Source: Octopus sinensis
Lineage: Eukaryota
Direction of reading: 5' to 3'
Length of the DNA: 64,000 bases
NCBI RefSeq assembly: GCF_006345805.1
Contig: NC_043015.1
Location: 10,292,001 to 10,356,000 of the forward strand
The notes beneath the pieces are model-generated. The model worked only from the letters and a program-made list of their open reading frames with translations. It had not been told where the DNA came from and made no database searches. Each line of letters opens with the position of its first letter. Position 1 is the first letter of the stretch. This document shows positions 54,821 to 64,000 of the stretch, piece by piece. Both the position numbers and the translations under genes were made by a program.

Positions 54821-55192
54821 TACTAAACTTAACATTTATTGGTTCCACTCTTTAAAGATCATGCAGTTTAAGGTTTTCAATGATTTTTAACGTGTTATAT
54901 CTAGAATGTTACTTAAATTATGATGGTATGCAAGCCGTTGTTGTTTCTTCTCAAAAAATATTTAATTCGGCATATCGATTCATACCTGCCGGTGTATACA
55001 AATACGCACGCACATGCTTACACACACACGCACAGACACATACTGAGACTCACACAAATGCTTAAACACAGAGATACACACATATCTGAGGGGTGTAGGA
55101 AAAGCTTAAACGCTTAAACATAGATGTATATTCGAGTAAGTAGTACATTTAGCCAGGCGTGCTAAGGCATTTTCCAGCTCGGCCCCTGAATG

Positions 55193-55250
<58 letters not shown>

Positions 55251-55256
55251 CAGCAG

Positions 55257-55517
55257 TTCTTTCAACATCCTTAAACAACCCTTATTCAGGGACCATTTGA
55301 GCGGGATGGGCTACTCAACCTGAAGTAAATTCTAACTGGGCCCCACCTGCAAGGTCCTGTGCTGTTTATCTTCATATGAGATCACCATGTCGCGCACATA
55401 TGGTTGTGATGTATGTGCCTGGTGTACCCTTATCAGACGGGTAGTCATGATGGGTATACTGGGCTTCGTATATTTTACCCCAGTGTCACTTTGATGGCAT
55501 GCACTGCTCTCTCACTC
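55257..55517 (+). mobile_element. Non-coding element ending in (AAT)n; same family as 8668-9118
   Basis: Homology to 8668-8835; flanked by (GTA)n upstream and (AAT)n downstream. Confidence 0.8.
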
Positions 55518-55585
<68 letters not shown>

Positions 55586-56076
55586 CAACAAACACAATAA
55601 TAATAAAAATATGCGAGAGCGATAAAATACTGTTGCTCCGAAATTTATCCAAAAACATCGAGAATAAGACAACAAATGGAGCCTAAAATAATTGACAAAG
55701 CCATGGACTATTTCCGAGTAAGTAATACACATTAAAATCTATTTCTAGTTTCCGAAATAAAAAACGTATTTTAACTGTGTGTTACCTCCGTCATTCACAC
55801 ATGTGTAAACACGCTCGCCACATTGACAAAGCGCTGGAGCACACCCGAGTATGTAATACTCTCTAAAATATTGTGCTATATCCGAAAACGGTCTTCTATC
55901 AAATTGTTTATGCTAACAGATAAGACTCGTACCCGAGTACTAACAACAAAGTGTTAATGACAATTAGCGACAACTCATGTCGGATCAGAAGAAATATCAA
56001 CGATAACAAATAGTAAAAAATGAAAATAATAATATCAGTGATGATAAAAATAATAATAATAATAATAATAATAATG

Positions 56077-56147
<71 letters not shown>

Positions 56148-58177
56148 CAACTAATGATTAATAAAGCCATAACTGAAGACAGCCACAGAAAGAAGAAAGG
56201 CCTCAGTATGGCCTGGATTGACTACAAAAAGGCGTTTGATAGCATTCCCCACAATGGATCCTCGAAACACTAGCCATTAACAAAGTAGCACCACCAATCA
56301 TAAAATTCATAGAGCACTCTATGAATAAATGGCAAACAGTCCTACACCTCCAAACAAAAGAGGACTCATGAAAACCAAAGACATCCCCATTAGAAGAGGA
56401 ATATTCCAGGGAGACACGCTCTCTCCACTCCTTTTCTGCTTGGCACTGTCACCTCTATTTGATATGCTAAATAGAACTGGATGTGGATATAAATGTTACG
56501 GCAAAACGATCAGCCACCTTTTATATATGGATGACCTAAAACTATACGCTGCAAATGACAAACAGCTGGAAACACTATTAAAGACAGTTCATGGATTTAC
56601 CAAAGAAATAGATATGAAATTTGGATTAGAAAAATGCGCCAAAGTAACCATGAAAAGAGGAAAACTAGTTAAGAGTAACAACATCACACTAGATAAAACC
56701 AATGAAATAAAAGAATTAGACCAAAGCCAAACTTACAAATACTTAGGAATCCATGAACTAGATAAGACACAACACACAACTGAAAGAGAAAATAAAAAAA
56801 GAATGTTATAGACGAGTTAGATCAATACTAAACACAGAGCTCAATGCTAAAACAAGATAATAGGTGTCAACACTTTAGCTGTCCCAGTTATAAGTTACAG
56901 CTACAATATCCTTAACTCGACACGAAATGAACTGACCAAAATAGATAGGAAAACAAGAAAAATAATGACAGGATCTAGGATGTATCACCCAAAATCTGAC
57001 ATAGAAAGACTAGATATACAACGTATAGAAGGTGGTAGAGGCCTTATACAGCTGGAAAACTACTATAAAATAACCACCATAGGACTGCAAAAATATCTAC
57101 TTCAGAAGGAAGGAAAACTGATCCAGATAGCGGCAAAACACGAGCAAAACAAAAAATTGTTCTCAGTATTTAAGAAAGCTGACAAATACGAACAAGAAAT
57201 CATACCACCTAATAAACATGAAGAAGAAGAAGAAGATGAAGAAACAACAAAAGCTATAAAACAAATGAAGTCCATACTAAAAATAGAACAGCAACGAACC
57301 ATGATAAAACGATGGCAAGAAAAGCCCCTTCATGGTAAATACTGGACTAAACTAAACGCAAAAGAAATAGACAAAGAAAAATCCCAGCAATGGTTGAGAA
57401 GCTCAGGAGTCGAAGCAGAAACAGAGGGATTTTTAATTGCAGCACAAGACCAAAGCCTCCCCACCAGAAATTACCAAAAACATGTAATGAAAAGAAATAT
57501 TACAAGTAACTGCAGAATATGTGGAGATGGACAAGAAACAATAAATCATATTATCTCTAGCTGCCCAGTCCTGGCTAAGAAGGAATATATTCACAGACAT
57601 GACAGAGTTGGAACCTACATACATTGCAAGCTATGTCAACATTATGGAATAACAACAGAAAAAAGATGGTATAGGCACACACCAGAAAAGGTCACAAAAA
57701 ACGAGAAAGCAACCATACTCTGGGATATGCCGATACACACAGATAGAGAAATTAAGGCCAACAGACCAGATATAGTTGTCAGAGATCATGAAGGAAAAAA
57801 ATGCTTTCTAATTGATGTATCAATACCGGCTGATGACAACGTGTCTCTAAAAGAAATGGAGAAACTCTCAAAATACAAAGACCTGGAAATAGAGGTAACT
57901 AGAATGTGGAATCTGGAAATAGAAACAATTCCTATCATAGTAGATGCATTAGGCATGATAAAAAAATATTCAGACAAATACATAACAAAAACACCAGGAC
58001 TTACAAACACATATAACATACAGAAAATTGCACTACTAGGCACTGCACACATCCTACGCAGAACACTTTCCATACAATAACCATCAGAGAATCACAACAA
58101 ATCACAGCACATACCCAAGGCACACAGAGCTGTGCTCGGTAGTGAAGTGAAAGCATGCTATAAAAATAAAACTACTG
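56148..58177 (+). mobile_element. 5'-truncated R4/Dong-like non-LTR retrotransposon (RT, CCHC knuckle, RLE), frameshifted
   Basis: AWIDYKKAFDSIPH, RGIFQGDTLSPLLF, LLYMDDLKLY, YKYLG, EGGRGL, CRICGDGQETINHIISSC, HRHD, NRPDIVV...LIDVSIP. (AAT)n on both flanks. Confidence 0.95.
56965..58080 (+). pseudogene. Longest open frame (371 aa) of the R4/Dong-like ORF: post-RT region, zinc knuckle and RLE
   Basis: ORF track; separated from the RT segment (56148-56811) by frameshifts. Confidence 0.85.
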
Positions 58178-58214
58178 AATAATAATAATAATAATAACAA
58201 TAATGAATAATAAT

Positions 58215-58680
58215 AAAAAAGACGTGTTTATTAATTGACATGAGTATCCCTTGCGATCACAATATAGCGGCGAAAGAATTTGACAAGATTAGTAAATATA
58301 AAGACCTGCTAATAGAAATTGAAAAAATATGGCATCTCAAGTCGACTACAGTACCGGTGATTGTAGGATTTCTAGGAATGATAAAAAAAAGTTACTGAAA
58401 CCTATTTGAAAATGATTCCAGGCTTACCGTCCCTACAGTAAGTGCAAAAAATCGTATTAACTGGAACAGCTCATGTACTGAGAAGAGCATTATCGCTGTG
58501 AAAACAACATCCATCCATGAATTTATTTATTTATAAATTTTTAAATACATATTTTATCTGTGAATTTGCGTGTGTAATCTGGGAATGCATACAATAAGCT
58601 TTTCTGCCCTAGGTGTATGGAAAACACTCGGCGGGAAACGGAAGAACATTTGAAGAAAGAAAGAAAAAATATAATAATGA
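58215..58680 (+). mobile_element. Short 3' fragment of a second RLE LINE subfamily
   Basis: LIDMSIPCDHNIAAKEFDKISKYKDLLIEIEKIWHLK...QKIVLTGTAHVLRRALSL*, then a distinct 3' UTR ending AATAAT. Confidence 0.85.
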
Positions 58681-59149
58681 AGGGAAGCGGTTGAAATTTC
58701 CCTGTGTCCTGATCGATAAAAACATCGGTAACTGCGCAACCTGGGAGTCACCACCTCATATGTCTGACAATGAAAAAACAACATATTGTGAATAACGGTA
58801 GCAATGAATCTGAAACCCTTGATTGTGACAGTGTTGCACCCGGAAGACTTAGATATACTGGTCCGGATCCAGCTGGTCGTTATCCAGCAATGGGCCAACA
58901 TACATGGCGTAGATGAAATACACAATTCAATGCTGCGATCATAGATTGTTACTACCTGAGAAAAACTGTAGACGGAAATGGTGCTCATCTTAGGGTCTAC
59001 CGACAACGTATGTAGGATCAATGAAGACAAAGAGGATTGTTTCAACTCACGGAACAGAGATAATGCGTTCAAGCTAGAGCAATAAGAAAAACTCGTTGGT
59101 TCGCAGAAGTAGACCTCAAAGCCAACAGAAGATGGATTATTGGAAAACA

Positions 59150-61060
59150 GCAGAGAAAACAATGAAAATACAGTTCTCACTAATAAAACTAATGGTGACA
59201 TGAAAGATGGAAAAAAGACAATCTACGACAGAATAAAGGCAAGTTTACAAGAGAACGGTAGTGACATTATTTCCAACCTGAAAAAGATTGATCGGAGGAA
59301 ATAGAACCAAGAACCCAAAAATGTGAATGAAATTCTAAAATACATCAGAACAAAAAGCATCACAGAACCAAATATCTTAATCAAGGCAGTAAGTATTGTT
59401 GTAGCAGAAAATGTGGGTACTGGTGTCAAGAAAAATAAATTTAAGGGGAGTGACAAAAGAAAAGCTCCATGTTGGAAAAGAAGAATACAAGCGGGGCTTG
59501 GTATGCTCTCGACGGGCATTTCTGCGTTAGATCGAAAATCGAAGGTGGAGGTTAAAAACTAACAAAAAACACAGGGATCTGAACAGGAAGTATGTTATCG
59601 AAAGAAAGGGCATGGAAGTGCTAACAGAGGAACTGAAACAACGCCTCGTTGCATAGAAAGCTAAGATGGCAAGATATGACCAAATAATGAAGGAACAGAT
59701 AAACACTTTGAATGAAATCATTGATATTTGGACCTCTGCTAAACAGAGATTTCAAACAAGGTTTAAAATGAGAGAAACTCGATGAATGGGTCAGGAAGAT
59801 AAATGATATCACTGATGATATTACGACTGAGTACCTCTGATATTAGCAATCTCGATCTTTATAGACCGGAAGTTAGGTTTGAAAGCCAAAGGTAAATGTC
59901 AACATAAACTGGAGGAACCATGGTGCAAAAAGGACAATAACGCTGTCTATTAACGAGACCAGAAAAATACTAATATTCTCGAACAGTAAAAAAGAAATGA
60001 ACTGCAGCGAGAAAACTATGTTGCGATAAAGAGGAGGTAAAGGTTGAAGAGAAAGGGAATCTATGTCGTGATTGCGGAATTAAGACAAAATTTGAAAGCT
60101 AAAGTATATAAAGAGATATGAACTGAGAATTGAGCATTAAGAATTAAACTGCCTTTATAAACAAAATCAGAAACGAGTCTCTCAGGAACTGGATGGAAAA
60201 GAAAAAGATGAAAAATCCGTGCCGAATGCTAGCGAAAGCAAAAGATTCTGGTAAAACATATGGTCTCAGGAGAAACAACACAAAACTGAAACAGAATGGT
60301 TAAAGGCACTCAAAGAGGAGAGTGGAGAGTATGGGCGGGAGGATTTGAGAATGACCGAGATGATTTGAGATCAGTGCAGGAAGATTTCTAACTGGAAATA
60401 AACTGCCCCAGATGATGTTCAGGGCATTTAGCTTACAAACTTGACAGCTCTGCGCAGGAGAATTGCGAGAGAGATGGACGAAATACTGTGTAGTGACATC
60501 GAGGCACCAGCCTGGATGACAAAAGGGTGAACGGTACTATATGAGAGGGACCCAAGTAAAAGATATGCGGTTGGAAATTTCCGACGAATATCTCGTTTGC
60601 CTCTGATGTGGAAACTGATGACGCGCACCATACAGAACAGCATCTATAAGTACCTAGATGAGAAGAACCAACTATCAGTGGAACAAAAAGGGTGTAGACC
60701 TAAGAGCAGAGAAATGAAGGATCAATTACTGATTAATAAAACTATGCTGTCTGACTGCAAGAAGAGGCACAAAACTTTAGCGATGGCATGGGTGGACTAC
60801 AGGAAATCGTATGACAAGGTTCCACATACGTGGATTATTGAATGCCTTAAACTGCTTAAGATCTCCCACAATATCCTGACAACGTGGTGAACCGAACTCA
60901 GAGCATGGAGAGAAAAGCTTGGAGAGGTAAGTATTAAAAGAGGACGGTCTGTCGCCTCACCTATTTGTTGTTTGCACACTGCCATTACCGAAACTTTTAA
61001 GAAGGATGCGTGTGGAGTACATACTAGGCAAGGTGAAAGTAAACAACCTGTGGTTTACGG
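59150..61060 (+). mobile_element. Decayed RLE-type LINE N-terminal and RT region (probably two elements)
   Basis: KAPCWKRRIQ, EELKQRL, a second EPWCKK segment at about 59915, then EQKGCRPKSREMKDQLLINK...LAMAWVDYRKSYDKVPHTWI. Confidence 0.8.
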
Positions 61061-61079
61061 ATTACCTAACTGGGAAGAC

Positions 61080-61420
61080 AATGTCACTGATAAAATTTCA
61101 CTTGGTCTTGGTTCTTGGTCCGAGGCGTACAAGATTGAAAAGGAACCCATCAGTTCTGGAGTAGAGGCAGACATCTCCAGGAGATTCTGTGAGAGCGAAC
61201 TGCAACAGTTGGCTCTAAGTTGCAGATCCAGAAAATGGCCAAAGATGAGATTTATCGACACATGCATGAGCATGCAAATCAAGGAGGACATTGAAGCGAA
61301 AACTTGGGAAAAGCTGAGGACAGAACCGCATGTAAAACTTCAATGAGTAAAGTAGTCAAGCAAAATAAACATTTTCGCCATGAAAGCAAACTGCCAAAGA
61401 AAGAAAGACACCTCAGCACA
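61080..61420 (+). mobile_element. RTE-clade LINE 3' fragment
   Basis: ELQQLALSCRSRKWPKMRFIDTC...DIEAKTWEK/AEDRTA matches the GEL..G.R..GRP..R..D...WE..A.DR..W motif. Confidence 0.6.
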
Positions 61421-62165
61421 GCTCTGCAGTAACTTCCTCCCTCCCAGAATTTGCAGCAGAACCTGACAAACAAACAAAGGAAGAATAAGCCATGAGGGAA
61501 ACTACAGAAAGAAGACTAAGAGCACTTAAGTCTTTCTCAGCTGTTTCGATCGTCTGTCACAACGTAAACAGCCGAATAAATTATATAAATACGCACACAC
61601 ACACACATACACACACACACATACATACATACATACATATATATTTGTATATACGAATAATTCGAACTCGATTTTACACATATAACTATACAGGTCCACA
61701 CAAAAGGAAGTGATCTGGTCCCTTAGGGCACCACCTCTTTCATTCCTACCCACTCTGCCTTTCATAGTTAGTATACAACAAACCATTCTACATTAAACTC
61801 GAATTGAGCAAGCATTCAACCGGGTTTCCTTTTCTCTGCTAAATACTACAGCATGAATCTCTATCTATATGTAAATAGCATATAAGTGATAATATTCAAT
61901 ATATCTTGACTTGATTCAGCTATATGCCGCTTCCTTTGTTCTAAAATCTCTTGTATTACCGCATGGGTAAATAGGTAGATATGCAATGAATAAATCAACT
62001 ATGCGATGGTCATAAAGTAGAAAAATTTTTCATATCGTGACAATTCTTCTCATCTCTTCCTTTGTACAAAACCAGTGCCAAATATATTTACTAGAAGCCG
62101 ATACCGTAATATGCTTCGAGTATACACATAAATACATATGAATATGTATAAATACGTTTGTGTAA

Positions 62166-62205
<40 letters not shown>

Positions 62206-62888
62206 TATATATATAATATATATATATACATACATATATATGCATTACGCATTCACGTTTGCGTCTACGTACATATAAATATATGTATGTATATGTATAC
62301 ATGTATATCTATACATATCTCTCTCTCTCTCTATCTATCTATATATATATTACATTTATATAGGAATATCTTATATATATATATATGTGTTCTTATATAT
62401 ATATATATATATATGTGTTCTTATATATATATATATAGATATATATATATATAGATATATATATATATATATATATATTCTCGTCTTCTCTACCCTAGGA
62501 TTCCATTATCCTCTGAATATCCCTTAAAGTCAGATTGTCAAAGTCATACATCTAGAATTTGGAACAAATAAAATCACATAACCGATTCAAAGAACTACAT
62601 CGCGCCTCCCCACTGCAACATTCGCATTTATATAACGTATATCATAAGGGTAATAATTATATATTCTATTCCCAAGGCTGGCTTGCTCCATTTTCGTTTG
62701 ATATTCCACAATACCTATAAGGACTTCGTGTTGCGATAATCTTCTGTAAATTATACATATTTTTGCAGTATTTCATTGAACTGTGAAATATCGAATTCCA
62801 AGTGAAATCTACAAACACTGGATTCTGCTTATGTGTTTTTGTGAGTGCGTGTGTTTGTCTGTGTGTGTGTGTGAGAGTGAGTGTACAG

Positions 62889-62930
<42 letters not shown>

Positions 62931-62980
62931 GCTTGTGTATATGTATATATATATGTATATACGCACCCATAGATACATAA

Positions 62981-63029
<49 letters not shown>

Positions 63030-63670
63030 CATGCCTGCATACATACATACATATACATCTCTATATATGTACCTTCCTATCACATTTTCATAGGTAGCTT
63101 TTTGTATGGATGTTGTATGTATTTTGTACAATCGAAAACTATTATGCATTTTTAGTAATGACATCATACCAAACAGGATACGTCGATCATAGAAGTTAGT
63201 AACATAACACATGAAATAGATGATTGAAATACCAATATAGTTATTGCCTTAATGGTCACACATTTAACCTATGATTCGAAGAAACCAAACATAACCCTCA
63301 TAAGAGGATAACATCATTAGGTATAAGTTATTGCTCATGTCGGCTTAGAATTTGTTTTTCCTAAGTAATCCATTAAAATATTCTTCAGATTTTTTCTTCA
63401 TAGAATTTATAGTGGAACATGTATCTTTACTCAGTATGTAATATATATATTTTTTTTATACGTACGTAGAGAGAGTGGGAGAGAGAAAGCACTGTAATTA
63501 ATGGTATTCATTACATGAAATATTTACAGATAAAATTTGGAATTGTTCAATATATATTTCTAAGGTGTAAATATGAAGATAGCTCAGACATCATTTGCCA
63601 CATTAGAAAATATCGTTGATACTCACATTTAATGCTTGCTACTTATGTATCTACGTGTCAAATTCAATGC

Positions 63671-63723
<53 letters not shown>

Positions 63724-63897
63724 TGTGTGTGTGAGTGTGTGTGTAAGTGTGTGTGTATGTGTATATATATTTACATATTTATACTTATATATATATATAC
63801 ATATATTGATATATAGATATATCTCTATATAAATATGTATAAATATATATATATGCATTTATACATATACGTACACACACACACAAACACACACACG

Positions 63898-63928
<31 letters not shown>

Positions 63929-64000
63929 TCATATCTTTGCGTTTGTATGTATATACTGAAAAGTTGCTACTTCGAATGAGACAACATTACAGTTAACCTT

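Overview
AT-rich, microsatellite-dense eukaryotic DNA with no host protein-coding exon that I can support. The tRNA-derived SINE families and repeat mix suggest a cephalopod (Octopus-like) genome; that assignment is an inference. The window is essentially a transposon landscape. It holds several R4/Dong-like RLE-type LINE copies inserted in (AAT)n tracts, with a probable non-autonomous partner, and RTE-clade LINE 3' fragments, one with three tandem C2H2 fingers. It also holds a full-length decayed mariner plus Tc1/mariner fragments and MITEs, a Merlin-like insertion with a perfect 8-bp TSD and an empty-site paralogue inside the window, two adjacent non-autonomous Helitrons, four SINE families and a ~1.8-kb tandem duplication. 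The most notable pattern is a recurring set of hammerhead-ribozyme-like motifs (CUGAnGA / long stem II / GAAAC-palindrome-GUH) tied to Penelope-like remnants and fold-back palindromes. Most ORFs in the supplied track are microsatellite artefacts. Coordinates were read by eye, and decayed-element boundaries are approximate.
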